Of a stretch of DNA of 64,000 nucleotides, positions 18,669 through 28,545 are shown in pieces. The position numbers and the translations under genes were made by a program. The stretch lies in the NCBI GenBank assembly GCA_018819225.1, contig JAHJQN010000008.1, forward strand, positions 128,001 to 192,000, read 5' to 3'. The DNA is from Candidatus Micrarchaeota archaeon. GTDB lineage: Archaea; Micrarchaeota; Micrarchaeia; Norongarragalinales; SBBD01. The notes under the pieces are model-generated. The model saw nothing but the letters and a program-made list of their open reading frames with translations, had not been told where the DNA came from and did no database searches. Positions within the stretch are counted from its first letter, which is position 1; the number at the start of each line of letters is the position of its first letter.

Positions 18669-19475
18669 ATGGAACTCTTCTTTTTGGGAAGTGGCGGAGG
18701 CCGCGTGGTCGTCGATAGGCAAGTACTCGCCACCGGCGGTTTTCGAATACACGGAAAAGAAATCGCGCTCCACGTGGACCCGGGCCCGGGCGCCCTCGTA
18801 AAAACCTATCAACATCACTTGGACCCCGCCAAGCTGAATGGAATATTTGTCAGCCACGCCCATATCGATCACTGCAACGATGCCTCCATACTCGTAGAGG
18901 CCATGGCATTCGGATCCTTCAAGAAAAAAAAAGGAATGCTGCTCGCCAGCCAAAGCGTGCTGAAAGGAATCAACGGATTCGAAAAACAAATCGACGATTA
19001 CTTCCAAAACATGTGCGAAGGCGTTCACGTCCTTCAACCCGGAGTGCCCGTCGCGTATTCGCCGCGCATCCGCATCCGAGCGCTTCGAACCCAACACGAA
19101 GATCCGAGTGCCGTTGGTTTGGAAGTGGAAGCCGAAGGAATGCGAATCGCCTACACGGGAGACACCGAGATTTTCGACGGATTGAGCCAGCAATTGAATG
19201 GCGCTGATTTTCTGGTGATCAACTGCCTCCGGCCCGGAAACGATCGGTTCCCCTATCATTTAAGCATTCAAGAAGTCGCCGACATATTGAAATCCCTTAC
19301 GAAAAAACCGAAAGCCGTCTTCCTCACCCACGCCGGCATGAAACTCGTTCAAGCCGGCCGCGAAGAGCAACGCCAATGGCTGGAAAAGGAAACGAACGTT
19401 CGAATCATTAACGCCGTGGAAGGCTTGAACGTCTCGTTAAACGAATTGGCGTCCCGACAACAAAAACTCGTTTAA
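18669..19475 (+). CDS. MBL-fold metallo-hydrolase
   Basis: FLGSGG, VDPGPG, SHAHIDH, YTGDT and LTH motifs. Confidence 0.9.
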   Translation: MELFFLGSGGGRVVVDRQVLATGGFRIHGKEIALHVDPGPGALVKTYQHHLDPAKLNGIFVSHAHIDHCNDASILVEAMAFGSFKKKKGMLLASQSVLKGINGFEKQIDDYFQNMCEGVHVLQPGVPVAYSPRIRIRALRTQHEDPSAVGLEVEAEGMRIAYTGDTEIFDGLSQQLNGADFLVINCLRPGNDRFPYHLSIQEVADILKSLTKKPKAVFLTHAGMKLVQAGREEQRQWLEKETNVRIINAVEGLNVSLNELASRQQKLV

Positions 19476-20335
19476 AGCGCAAGCGACGCGAACCCCAGCA
19501 AACCCGCGCCTAAAGCAAGCAAGGTCAGATTACGCGCTTTCTTCAAATGAGCCAAAGACGGCGATCGCACCACCAAGAATAAGGCGTATAGAACCAGCGC
19601 ATGGTTCATTGCAATCAAAAGAAAATAGGCGTGGTGAAACGACTGAAAAAGCGGAATCCAAGTCAACAGAAGCGCGATGAGAAATAAAGCCCCCGATACC
19701 CGCACCGTACGAACCGAACCGAGAAGCATCGGCAACGTTCGCATGCCCTCCTTCGCATCCCCTTTCACGTCCCTCAACGTAATCAACAACTCTCTCCCGA
19801 TACCAGCAAAAAACGAGACCGCCACAAAAAGAAACACGTACTCCTGCAGGACCGGGGAGAAAACGAAATTACCATAAACAAACGATATTCCCATGCTACT
19901 TGCAATAAACACGTTACCCAGCAACGGACGCTTCTTCAAAACCGAATCGTACACCAGAGAAAACGCCGCAAAAACGAACGCCACACCAAACGCCCACGCA
20001 TTCACGAAAAGCGCCAAAAGCATCCCCAACGCATACAAAAACATCGAGGCCTTCAACGCATCCGATACCCGAATTCGCCTAGAAACCAACGGGCGTTCGA
20101 TTCGATGGTTAGCGCGATCGCTTCCCAAACCCTGAACATCATTAAAAATGAACGAGGCCGCCGTAATACAAAACGGGCCGAACACCGGAAACCACACCGC
20201 AAAAGAAAACAATGAAAACGAGACGGCTAACGACTTCGCCGTCAACGCCTCCGCAGCCACGATAGCGGCCGCTACCAAAAACGCGTGCTCCAGCCTCGCC
20301 AGCTTCCACCAATCCCCAAACGAATTCATAGGCAT
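19472..20335 (-). CDS. UbiA-family prenyltransferase (DGGGP synthase-like)
   Basis: ND.....DR.N...RP and RE....RD..GD..EG.RTLP motifs, multi-TM. TAATG coupling with the upstream gene. Confidence 0.85.
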   Translation of the reverse strand: MPMNSFGDWWKLARLEHAFLVAAAIVAAEALTAKSLAVSFSLFSFAVWFPVFGPFCITAASFIFNDVQGLGSDRANHRIERPLVSRRIRVSDALKASMFLYALGMLLALFVNAWAFGVAFVFAAFSLVYDSVLKKRPLLGNVFIASSMGISFVYGNFVFSPVLQEYVFLFVAVSFFAGIGRELLITLRDVKGDAKEGMRTLPMLLGSVRTVRVSGALFLIALLLTWIPLFQSFHHAYFLLIAMNHALVLYALFLVVRSPSLAHLKKARNLTLLALGAGLLGFASLAL

Positions 20336-21189
20336 TACAACGAGAACAACTTCGGCGTCTTTTCGTACACGTACAACAACAACATCAAGTCCACCAACGG
20401 AAATACGAGGAGGTAGGCTATTAAAATATCGCTCTCGGAAACCGTCCACTCCAAGAACGAGGCGCCCAGCATCACCCAAGACGAATAGAACGCGGGCACC
20501 ACACCCGAAAACACGATAAACAACACGCCGATTAACGACAACTTCGAATGAAATTCCCGCAACTTCGTCCGCTGAAGCACGATCAACGAGTCCCCAAACC
20601 GCTGCAACTCATCCGTCCCCGACCCATTCACGTACATCCACGCCAACTGGGAACAGACGCGCTTCAACATCAAGGAATCCGTACGCCGCGACAAGGCCTT
20701 AAGCGCATCCGGAACCGAAATCCCGTGCAAATGAACGGAGTCATGAACTCTATGGAATTCCTGACTCAAAACACCGAACCCGCCTTCCCCTCCTTCCTTC
20801 AACACGCGCTCGAACGATATCCCTAGCGCCAGCTGAACCGCCAAAGAGGGAAGCGCAACCGAAAGCTCGCGTTCCAATTCCTCCGCCCGCTTTTTCGCGC
20901 GATAATACGGGTACGCATAACCAACGGAAAAACTCAACCCAAACACTAGAAGAAGAACCGCTACAGAAACCCAAAGCGACCACCACAAAGAATAGGAGAT
21001 GATGAAAAGAAAGAGCGAAAGAAAACAGGAAACCACGAGCGTCGAAGACCAATAAACCGAGCCGGAAACATCCAGGCCCGCGCACTCAAGCGCCCCATCC
21101 ATCCGACGACGAGCCCGCCCCGAGAACACGAACGAAGCATCCACCAACAAAAACAAGGATCGAAACAGTTTAATCAGGATGGAAGGCAA
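20335..21189 (-). CDS. Type II secretion F / TadC-like pilus membrane platform protein
   Basis: TM pair, RA.ELEREL..AL, G.LS.EF, G.S...AL..L..R.DS..LKR, then further TMs. Confidence 0.8.
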   Translation of the reverse strand: MPSILIKLFRSLFLLVDASFVFSGRARRRMDGALECAGLDVSGSVYWSSTLVVSCFLSLFLFIISYSLWWSLWVSVAVLLLVFGLSFSVGYAYPYYRAKKRAEELERELSVALPSLAVQLALGISFERVLKEGGEGGFGVLSQEFHRVHDSVHLHGISVPDALKALSRRTDSLMLKRVCSQLAWMYVNGSGTDELQRFGDSLIVLQRTKLREFHSKLSLIGVLFIVFSGVVPAFYSSWVMLGASFLEWTVSESDILIAYLLVFPLVDLMLLLYVYEKTPKLFSL

Positions 21190-21252
21190 TGAAGTTCAGC
21201 TACAACGCCTCCCGGCCACGGATTCTCACTAAAGATACGAATATCCGCGTAT

Positions 21253-21654
21253 TTATTTCTTTTCCTCCTTCTTCTTACCCGGAGCCGAAAGCCCGAGCTC
21301 CTCCAACGTTTTCGGACCCGGCGTCACCACTTTCGCATTCAGTTGAGCCGTTTCCTTGGACACTTGGTTACCGATAATGGTTTTCATGCGTCGCTCGCCC
21401 TTCTTCAAACCCCGAATACCCGGCGGGCCGGAAAGCCACAACTGCGTCTTACGCGTTCCCATTACATCCGGACGCATCGGAAACCCGTCCCGATTGCTGC
21501 CCCCCGTAATCTTCAACGAATAACCCGGGAGCTCAATCAAGTCCCCGTTAATCGAATCACCAATCTTCTTTCCATGCAATGAAGACGATTTTTCGTCCGC
21601 CAATTCCTTTTGGTAACTCTTCGCGTTCTTTCCGTCATTAACAACAAGTTTCAT
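21253..21654 (-). CDS. rps6e: 30S ribosomal protein S6e
   Basis: GKKIGD.I.G, LKITGGS.RDGFPMR.D, GER..KTI.GN. Confidence 0.96.
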   Translation of the reverse strand: MKLVVNDGKNAKSYQKELADEKSSSLHGKKIGDSINGDLIELPGYSLKITGGSNRDGFPMRPDVMGTRKTQLWLSGPPGIRGLKKGERRMKTIIGNQVSKETAQLNAKVVTPGPKTLEELGLSAPGKKKEEKK

Positions 21655-21774
21655 GTCCTTTCACCGGTCGCGGAAGCACCGAAAGCGAGCTATAAGGCTT
21701 TAATAGACCCCCGCATTAGTTAGTAGTTGTTGCCAATACCGATTTTTAAAGCTTTCTTACCCCTCCGGGATCGC

Positions 21775-22371
21775 ATGACGCCGCACGAAGAGACGTTGTA
21801 TATTGCCGTGTTCTTTCTCGCGCTAACCCTGTTTACGCTGGTGAGTTCCCTCCTCGTATTCAACGACTTTGAAAACGGCGTCAAACTCGCCTTCCTCATC
21901 CTCCTCGTATTCATCGGCGTGCTTTCATTTCGCAACCGCATCCAATACCAAACCAAGGTCGCCAACTGGAAAGAAGGATTGACCGAACACATCCTCATCC
22001 AATCCCAAGCCACGTACTACGAACATACGCGTTCCTCTGAAACCATCGATACCGAAAATCCGGATGACCAAAACCGCGCTCAAGAAGGCAGCCTACTCGC
22101 CAGCAAAACCTACGTCATCTTCCAATCCGAACAAAAGAATTTCCAGCTCACCATCAATCGCTCCGACATCTTCACGGTTTTCAAAGGACGCCTGCAAAAA
22201 TCCGGCAAACCCATTCCGAAAGCCTTTCGCGGCGTACTCGCCATCCGCCTCCCCCACGCATTACATAAATTTATCGTACCCGACGTGGACCGTTGGCTCC
22301 GATTGTTCGATGAAGAACGCTTCGGCGCCCAACAATACCAAGACCTCAAGCGCAAGAGTGGAAGGGAATAA
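21775..22371 (+). CDS. Hypothetical membrane protein (2 N-terminal TM)
   Basis: ORF with host-like codon usage, TTTAAA box upstream. Confidence 0.65.
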   Translation: MTPHEETLYIAVFFLALTLFTLVSSLLVFNDFENGVKLAFLILLVFIGVLSFRNRIQYQTKVANWKEGLTEHILIQSQATYYEHTRSSETIDTENPDDQNRAQEGSLLASKTYVIFQSEQKNFQLTINRSDIFTVFKGRLQKSGKPIPKAFRGVLAIRLPHALHKFIVPDVDRWLRLFDEERFGAQQYQDLKRKSGRE

Positions 22372-22398
22372 AAGCGTTCGCCTCCCCCACAACTCCCA

Positions 22399-23517
22399 GT
22401 GAATAAAAAAATGAAAGAAATCGATCCGTGGGGAAACGCACTCGTCGACTACCAGAAACTCTTCACCCAATTCGGCCTCCAAACGCTTTCCCCCGCCATG
22501 AAAAAACGCTTTTCATCGCACCGCGGTTTCCGAAGAGATATCGTTTTCGCGCACCGCGGACTCGAATCATTCATTAAGACCGCTGACGACGGAAAACCAG
22601 TCGCCGTCATGACCGGCATCAAGCCCTCCAATTCATTTCACTTGGGCAGCAAGCTCACCGCCGAAGAACTCATCCTACTCCAAAAAGAATTCAACGCCAA
22701 AGCATTCTATGGAATAGCAGACCTCGAAGCCTATGCCGACAACGGATTGCCGCTGGAACAAAGCCACGAAATCGCTATAGACAACGTGGCGGATCTGCTG
22801 GCGCTCGGACTCCACGAAAAAAACGCGTTCATTTACAAGCAATCCCGGAACGCGGAAGTCATGCGCCTCGCGCAACTCTTCGCCAAGCGAACCACCACCG
22901 CTACCCTGGAAGCCCTCTACGGCAAACAAAACCTCGGACTATACTTTTCCGTGCTCACGCAAGCCGGAGACATCCTATTCCCCATGCTCGAAGAAAACGG
23001 GGGCGCCCGCGCCGTCGTCGTGCCCGTCGGAGCCGACCAAGACCCGCACATACGCTTAACGAGAGACCTCGCAGCCAAATTCGCTGCGGAAAAAGGCTTC
23101 GAACCTCCTTCCGCAACCTACCACAAGTTCTTCCGCGCCCTCGACGGCACCACGAAAATGAGCAAGCGCGACCCCCAAAACATCCTTTCCCTCAACGACT
23201 CCGAGAAAGAAGTGAAGAAAAAGGTCTCGAACGCGCTCACGGGCGGAAGGGACACCACGGAAGAACAGCGAAAAAAGGGAGGCCAACCCGAGAAATGCGT
23301 GGTTTACGAGCTCATGCAATTCCATTTCTATGATGACGACAAGGACTTGAAGGACATGAAGGAAGACTGCACGAGCGGCCGCTTGTTATGCGGGGAATGC
23401 AAGCTCCAGCGCATCGCGCACATCAACGAATACCTCAAGAAACACCAGGAGAAGAAGAAGGCAAAGCTCGCGAAAGCCGAGAAAATAATTGAAACGGTTT
23501 CCAACCCCCGCAGCTAG
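22399..23517 (+). CDS. trpS: Tryptophanyl-tRNA synthetase
   Basis: IDPWG, HLGS (HIGH-like), VPVGADQDPHIRLTRD, KMSK, TGGR.T.EEQR..GG, LLCGECK. Confidence 0.95.
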   Translation: MNKKMKEIDPWGNALVDYQKLFTQFGLQTLSPAMKKRFSSHRGFRRDIVFAHRGLESFIKTADDGKPVAVMTGIKPSNSFHLGSKLTAEELILLQKEFNAKAFYGIADLEAYADNGLPLEQSHEIAIDNVADLLALGLHEKNAFIYKQSRNAEVMRLAQLFAKRTTTATLEALYGKQNLGLYFSVLTQAGDILFPMLEENGGARAVVVPVGADQDPHIRLTRDLAAKFAAEKGFEPPSATYHKFFRALDGTTKMSKRDPQNILSLNDSEKEVKKKVSNALTGGRDTTEEQRKKGGQPEKCVVYELMQFHFYDDDKDLKDMKEDCTSGRLLCGECKLQRIAHINEYLKKHQEKKKAKLAKAEKIIETVSNPRS

Positions 23518-24266
23518 TTCTCCACTGGCTGCGCGCACACGGCAATCGCTCCGGCTTCACCACCCAATCCATGATACGTCCGCTTCTGCAACGTAATCTT
23601 GAATATTCGCGTGCGCTTGATCGTAGCACCCGAAGCGTACCATCTCCCGAGCGTCGAGAAACTGGCTTTCGAATCCGATCCAGTGTAAAGATTCGTAGGC
23701 ACGCCTGAAGTCGATGCCGTGCAGGAAAATGGATTCGTGGAATCAAACTCATTGACCGGGCACGGGTTAACTCCCAACGGCAGGCACCCCAGGCCCGTCG
23801 CGGGATCCCACGCTTGTCCGCCAATCGACGTATCTGATCCATCCAAGACCGTGAACTCTCCGGCAATATCTATGCACACCGAGTTCTGCATCAGGCTCGT
23901 TCCTTGCGTCAATTTCTGCCCATCCGGATCGTATGAAGCCATCTCCATTTTCCAGCATCCGGCGTAATGCCCGGGACAAGCCCGGCAATACTGTTCGCTG
24001 TTATAGTAAACGAACCGCAGCACGTCCACGGATGTTTCCCCGCACTTGGGCATGTGGAAATAGAATGTGCGCTTGCTGGGAGGCGACTGCAACGCCAAGT
24101 CCTGCATTGCTAATTTCAATTTATCCACTTCCGCTTTGACTTCGGAAATGCATTGCGCTTCCCCGGAATCCGAGATGAGTTTCAACGCGATCGTCATGCT
24201 CGCGATCAGGATAATGACGGCTATTACCAGCTCCATGGGCGCGCCGGACTGGGATCTAAAGCGCAT
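23514..24266 (-). CDS. Pilin-like protein, Cys-rich, with class III-like signal peptide
   Basis: RFRSQSG|APMELVIAVIIL hydrophobic N-helix. Last of three co-oriented pilin-like genes. Confidence 0.65.
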   Translation of the reverse strand: MRFRSQSGAPMELVIAVIILIASMTIALKLISDSGEAQCISEVKAEVDKLKLAMQDLALQSPPSKRTFYFHMPKCGETSVDVLRFVYYNSEQYCRACPGHYAGCWKMEMASYDPDGQKLTQGTSLMQNSVCIDIAGEFTVLDGSDTSIGGQAWDPATGLGCLPLGVNPCPVNEFDSTNPFSCTASTSGVPTNLYTGSDSKASFSTLGRWYASGATIKRTRIFKITLQKRTYHGLGGEAGAIAVCAQPVEN

Positions 24267-24335
24267 GCTCAACAGTAAACGTGCTGGCTATAAAAGTGTA
24301 AGGGATTCCCCTCCATTTTATGGTTATCAAACTCG

Positions 24336-24521
24336 TTACTTGAATACGAGCCACATGGCGCTGGACGCGAACTGCCGTGCTTCCTGCAGGTTGCCTCCGG
24401 CCACGTTGGATGCGTTCCTCAACAAGGGCTTGACGAGCGTGAAAATCAGTATGGCTGCGATCACGAAAACAATCAGCATGTAGATCGGCGTCCACTCCGT
24501 CGAGCCCTTGAAACGGGTCAT
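24336..24521 (-). CDS. Small pilin-like protein
   Basis: RFKG|STEW..YMLIVFVIAAILI resembles a class III signal. Confidence 0.65.
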   Translation of the reverse strand: MTRFKGSTEWTPIYMLIVFVIAAILIFTLVKPLLRNASNVAGGNLQEARQFASSAMWLVFK

Positions 24522-24548
24522 AATGCTAACCTTTCGAAGATTCGAAAT

Positions 24549-25043
24549 TTACGGTGTTGATGTTGAGAGTCCGCATGCATCTTCGCAGGTTGCTGTAGAA
24601 TCCGCGGCTGTTCTTCCAAGAGAAATGCAATAAAAGGGTGGGGATTGACGCGATTCATCTCCGCAAACCACGACATAGATGTCTAATGTTTGTTCCACGA
24701 CAATTTTGTTTGCAGTAACTGCAAGAGCGGTTGTGGGAACGCTTGTATGAGCAGAGAATTGGACATCAGATTCTGTTACCGGAATTTCTTGAATGACTTC
24801 CTTCATGTAGATGGTATTGCCTTCAGAAAACGTTACTTTTTGGGGTGAGGAAATTCCGAATCCTTTTGCTTGAACATTCTTTAAGCCGGATGACATCGAG
24901 TCCTTGGGATCCGAGGGGTTGAAGATCTTAACAATGTTCAAGATGTTCAACAGCACGGCGAGAATGGCGAGTGCGACGATGACGCTGATGACGAGCATCA
25001 TGGTTTCGAACGCTTGTCCTCTTCGGGCTTTCAGGTACTTCAT
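24549..25043 (-). CDS. Type IV pilin-like protein
   Basis: KARRG|QAFETMMLVISVIVALAIL class III signal, with a GGAGGTG SD upstream. Confidence 0.8.
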   Translation of the reverse strand: MKYLKARRGQAFETMMLVISVIVALAILAVLLNILNIVKIFNPSDPKDSMSSGLKNVQAKGFGISSPQKVTFSEGNTIYMKEVIQEIPVTESDVQFSAHTSVPTTALAVTANKIVVEQTLDIYVVVCGDESRQSPPFYCISLGRTAADSTATCEDACGLSTSTP

Positions 25044-25237
25044 ACGGATACGCACCTCCTGTGAAATGCAACGAATGCTTGAAGTTAAAGACCTTATAAA
25101 ACTTATCGTTCCCGCTATTATGCCGCAGCAACTCAGGGGCGCCTTCAAGGGGGAGAACCCCCGTATGCGAGCCGCCTTAACCCCCCGAATAAGGCGGTTT
25201 AAAAAACAATATCGCCAAAATCATTCCGCTTGCTTAT

Positions 25238-25311
25238 GCCGCAGTAGCTCAGCCTGGGAGAGCGTTCGGCTGAAGACCGATGTGTCGCCGGTTCAAATCC
25301 GGCCTGCGGCA
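25238..25311 (+). tRNA. tRNA-Phe(GAA), intron-less
   Basis: GCCGCAG/CTGCGGC acceptor, GCTC/GAGC D-stem, CTGAAGA anticodon loop, GCCGG-TTCAAAT-CCGGC T-arm. Confidence 0.95.
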
Positions 25312-25340
25312 CTCCCCATAACATCTCAATGCCGCGATTC

Positions 25341-25658
25341 TTACTTGGAGATTGATTTATCCAAAGGTTTTTCTCTACGAAGGAATTCGGCCACTTCTCT
25401 TGCCCATCCTCCAGGAATAACCATCTGGGTGTGTGGTTGAGTTATTCCACCCCGACTTCCATGGGCAACAACAATTCCTTTACCCATAAGTTCCGAAAGG
25501 GCATCCCGATTCGCTATTGGTTTTTGCCCATGCCCGCCCACTAAGTTACTATAGACTACGATTCCTGGGCGTGCAAAAAGTTCATGCAGTATGGCTAAAT
25601 GGTCCGCTCGCAATTTGGGATTCAATCCTCCACGTTTATACATTTCTTCAATAGGCAT
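25341..25658 (-). CDS. Hypothetical protein (low GC)
   Basis: ATG ORF with AGGAGA SD, in an AT-rich patch just 3' of tRNA-Phe. Confidence 0.55.
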   Translation of the reverse strand: MPIEEMYKRGGLNPKLRADHLAILHELFARPGIVVYSNLVGGHGQKPIANRDALSELMGKGIVVAHGSRGGITQPHTQMVIPGGWAREVAEFLRREKPLDKSISK

Positions 25659-25829
25659 GTAAATCTCCTTTCAACAATTGAAAATCTATAAAGATAGAAA
25701 TAATAAACTAGAATATTTAAGGTGTGGCTTTCAGTGGTTTCTTTCGGTTCGGACCGGCTGAGAAAAAACATTGAAAAGAATAATTTAATATAGTCAATTC
25801 AACCTGAAGCCCTTGAAAGGTGATCTGAA

Positions 25830-26051
25830 ATGAAAAAGAAAAAGAACATGTTTAATGAAGAGTGGACGGGTTGCGGGTCATGGAAGCACGGCGGGAGCGG
25901 AAATGCGGTATACGGGCTCGGTTTCCTGGGAGCTGCGTTTTATTACTTGACGACGGCAACCGATTTTTGGATGGGAGTCATTGGTTTACTGAAAGCCATT
26001 TTGTGGCCTGCGGTCCTCGTATTTGAAGTGTTACGATTTCTAGGCGTGTAA
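25830..26051 (+). CDS. Small membrane protein
   Basis: GGTGA SD. YGLGFLGAA.YY...FW.GV.G.LKAILWPA forms 2 TMs. Confidence 0.75.
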   Translation: MKKKKNMFNEEWTGCGSWKHGGSGNAVYGLGFLGAAFYYLTTATDFWMGVIGLLKAILWPAVLVFEVLRFLGV

Positions 26052-26070
26052 ACCCCATCCCCAAACGAGC

Positions 26071-26415
26071 TTACGGGCGGGCATTGGAAGACTCGGTCAA
26101 CTCCATTAAAACGCCCGGAATGTCAATGCCAAAAAGCTTCAAGAACTCGTACACGAATTGCTTGAAAATAAGGTAAAATAGAAGAAATACCAGGATGACG
26201 AGAATGCGGCGGCTCCAAGGTGACATACGGCGAACGAAAGCAAACCGCTGCACTAGAAAACCGTCTACTTTTCTATAAAAGGGACCGCGTAACACGAGCA
26301 GAACGAGAAACATGAAGCCAATGATTACAACGTATTGCAGTGGAAGCCCCAAGGAATAGAAAACAAGAAGTAATACTGATGCAAGAAGTAAGCGAACCCC
26401 ATCCATTCGATCCAT
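26071..26415 (-). CDS. Hypothetical membrane protein
   Basis: Three hydrophobic helices. Start taken at MDRMDG to avoid overlap with the divergent gene. Confidence 0.6.
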   Translation of the reverse strand: MDRMDGVRLLLASVLLLVFYSLGLPLQYVVIIGFMFLVLLVLRGPFYRKVDGFLVQRFAFVRRMSPWSRRILVILVFLLFYLIFKQFVYEFLKLFGIDIPGVLMELTESSNARP

Positions 26416-26485
26416 GGAAAAAAGCCTCATTCCAAGAAGGAGTAAAGCGTTTACATTAATAAATCCGAATTGCATTAGAAAAGTA

Positions 26486-27325
26486 ATGAACAAAAAAAAG
26501 GGCCTCTGGGGGGTGGGAATCCTCCTATTCTTTGTTATTATGCCCATACTTTTTGGTTTCCGTATCTCAAAAGGCTTGATTCTATCTGGGGCGGTCATCG
26601 TTTCCGGTCTTGCGTTGTTTTACCATGGATTCCAAACGTATCGACGCGTGCGGCTCATCGAAAACATTCCGACCTCCGATATTCGTTCGTTGGCCATGGG
26701 ATTGGTGGAAATCACGGGAAAAGCAGTACAAAAAGTCGATCTTAAAAGTCCGTTAATCGGTAAACCGTGCGTTTATTCACGCATTGAAATCCAAGAATTA
26801 AGACAACAAGGCAAGCACAGTAGTTGGGTCACGATTCATGAAAAAGAGCAGCGAGAAAACTTCTATGTAAGAGACGCAACGGGACAAGTCGAAATCGATC
26901 CGCGGGAAGCGCAGATAGAGATTCCGCCAGACCGTACCTGTTCGTTACCTGGAAAACAGTACCCTAAAGAAATCGAACAGTATTGCGAAAAAGAAAAAAT
27001 TCCCCTTCACAAACCGTTTTTCACCGTCGGACCGCTCCAACTCGGGGGAAACCCGTCTCGAAAATTGAACGAGTGGTTTATTGAAGCCGGTGATGCGGTT
27101 TACGTCATGGGAACCGCGGCTCAAAAGAATGGAGCGGAATCCGCCAAACAGGAGGATAGGATTATCATAACGAAGGGCATGCACCACCCGTTCTTCTACA
27201 TATCGGATAAAACGGAAAAGGAAACCATTAAAGGGCTGAAACGAAATTCATATTGGTTTATTGGGGGAGGCGCCGCGCTAGCAATAGTCGGTTTGGCCTT
27301 ATTACTCACTTTTGGAAGCGTATAG
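26486..27325 (+). CDS. GIDE-domain membrane protein
   Basis: TMs, then IENIPTS.IRSLAMGLVEI.G, SP..G.PCVY, FYVRD.TGQV.IDP, I..GD.VYV.G, FYISD and a C-terminal TM. Sits directly upstream of lemA. Confidence 0.8.
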   Translation: MNKKKGLWGVGILLFFVIMPILFGFRISKGLILSGAVIVSGLALFYHGFQTYRRVRLIENIPTSDIRSLAMGLVEITGKAVQKVDLKSPLIGKPCVYSRIEIQELRQQGKHSSWVTIHEKEQRENFYVRDATGQVEIDPREAQIEIPPDRTCSLPGKQYPKEIEQYCEKEKIPLHKPFFTVGPLQLGGNPSRKLNEWFIEAGDAVYVMGTAAQKNGAESAKQEDRIIITKGMHHPFFYISDKTEKETIKGLKRNSYWFIGGGAALAIVGLALLLTFGSV

Positions 27326-27339
27326 TCAGGTGAAAAGAA

Positions 27340-27909
27340 ATGGCCACAGGACTCGAAACCATTCTCGGTGCGGTCACGGCATTGATCGTCGTCTCCATCG
27401 TGCTGTGGATCATCATTATTTACAATGGACTCGTGATGCTCAAAAACAATATCCAGAAAGCGTGGGCGAATATTGACGTGTTGCTGAAACAACGCAGTTC
27501 GGAAGTGCCCAACCTGGTCAGCATCGTCAAGGGATACATGAAATACGAGAAAGAGGTTTTCACACGAATTACGGAAGCGCGAGCAGCAACCACTCAAGCA
27601 ACATCCATTCAAGAAAAGGCGCGAGCCAATGGAATGATGACGCAAGCATTGAAATCGTTATTTGCGGTAGCGGAAAATTATCCTAAATTAAAAGCCGGTG
27701 AAAACTTTCTCAAGCTTCAAAAACGCATTACGGAATTAGAGAACATGATAGCGGATCGACGAGAATTCTTCAATGACTCCGTGACGGCGTATAACATTCG
27801 AATACAGCAGATTCCGGATACGTTTATTGCGCGATTCCTGAAATATGAAAAAGAGACGCTCTTCGAAGCCATGGAAGAGGAAAAAAAGGTCGTTAAAACG
27901 GTTTTCTAA
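27340..27909 (+). CDS. lemA: LemA family protein
   Basis: YNGLV.L.N....AW.NIDV.LKQR...PNLV..VKGY, AVAENYP.LKA.ENF..LQ. Confidence 0.95.
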   Translation: MATGLETILGAVTALIVVSIVLWIIIIYNGLVMLKNNIQKAWANIDVLLKQRSSEVPNLVSIVKGYMKYEKEVFTRITEARAATTQATSIQEKARANGMMTQALKSLFAVAENYPKLKAGENFLKLQKRITELENMIADRREFFNDSVTAYNIRIQQIPDTFIARFLKYEKETLFEAMEEEKKVVKTVF

Positions 27910-27971
27910 AGATGGTCTGCGTGAAAACAAAGCCATTCCATACGTTAATAACCCGGGTGCGCGTAGCCCCA

Positions 27972-28538
27972 ATGGTGTTCACTCAAACCAAAAGCATTCT
28001 TATAGTGCTTTTCGCATTGATGATCGCGGGCTGTACGCAACCCGTTCCCGACGAACCAGGAATACCGATTCCCACATTCCCTCCGGCAACGGAAATTCCG
28101 ACGTATATAGCGAGCGTGCTGCCTTCGTTTCAAGAAACGCCGACCCCCACGCCCGCCGTGCCAACTGATATTGCATTAACCAGCGTAACGGCATGCGAAC
28201 TGAAAACGAATCCGAACGATTATTTACGGAAAGCAGTTAAGGTGGACGGATTCCTCCTATTCATTGGAGAAAGCATTCGAAGCGGTATTGGCAACTTTTA
28301 TATCGAAAAGGACGGATGTCGTGCGGTCATCGTGAGCTGGGAATCCGTCATCGTCCAACAATGCGCGTCATTTGATGAAGCGTGCGATCCCCTGGAAACC
28401 ATGCAGGACTATCTGTACAATCGAGTGCAATTAACGGGTACATTTACGGTGTTCAACAAAGAGGAACAAAAAGCGTATGGAGAACCCTATGGAATCAGTG
28501 AAATAATGGAAGTGGAAGTCATCGGGGAAGGCTCGTAA
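27972..28538 (+). CDS. Putative lipoprotein
   Basis: Lipobox-like MIAGC, Pro/Thr linker and an OB-like tail. Confidence 0.65.
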   Translation: MVFTQTKSILIVLFALMIAGCTQPVPDEPGIPIPTFPPATEIPTYIASVLPSFQETPTPTPAVPTDIALTSVTACELKTNPNDYLRKAVKVDGFLLFIGESIRSGIGNFYIEKDGCRAVIVSWESVIVQQCASFDEACDPLETMQDYLYNRVQLTGTFTVFNKEEQKAYGEPYGISEIMEVEVIGEGS

Positions 28539-28545
28539 ATACCCA

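Noticed and set aside
18603-19259. N-terminal 219 aa of the 786-aa ORF
   Set aside because: It is antisense to the MBL hydrolase gene. The real signal peptide starts at 18602.
25122-25200. tRNA-Sec or split-tRNA half (contains CTTCAAG)
   Set aside because: The flanks do not form an anticodon stem, and there is no T-arm or complementary leader.
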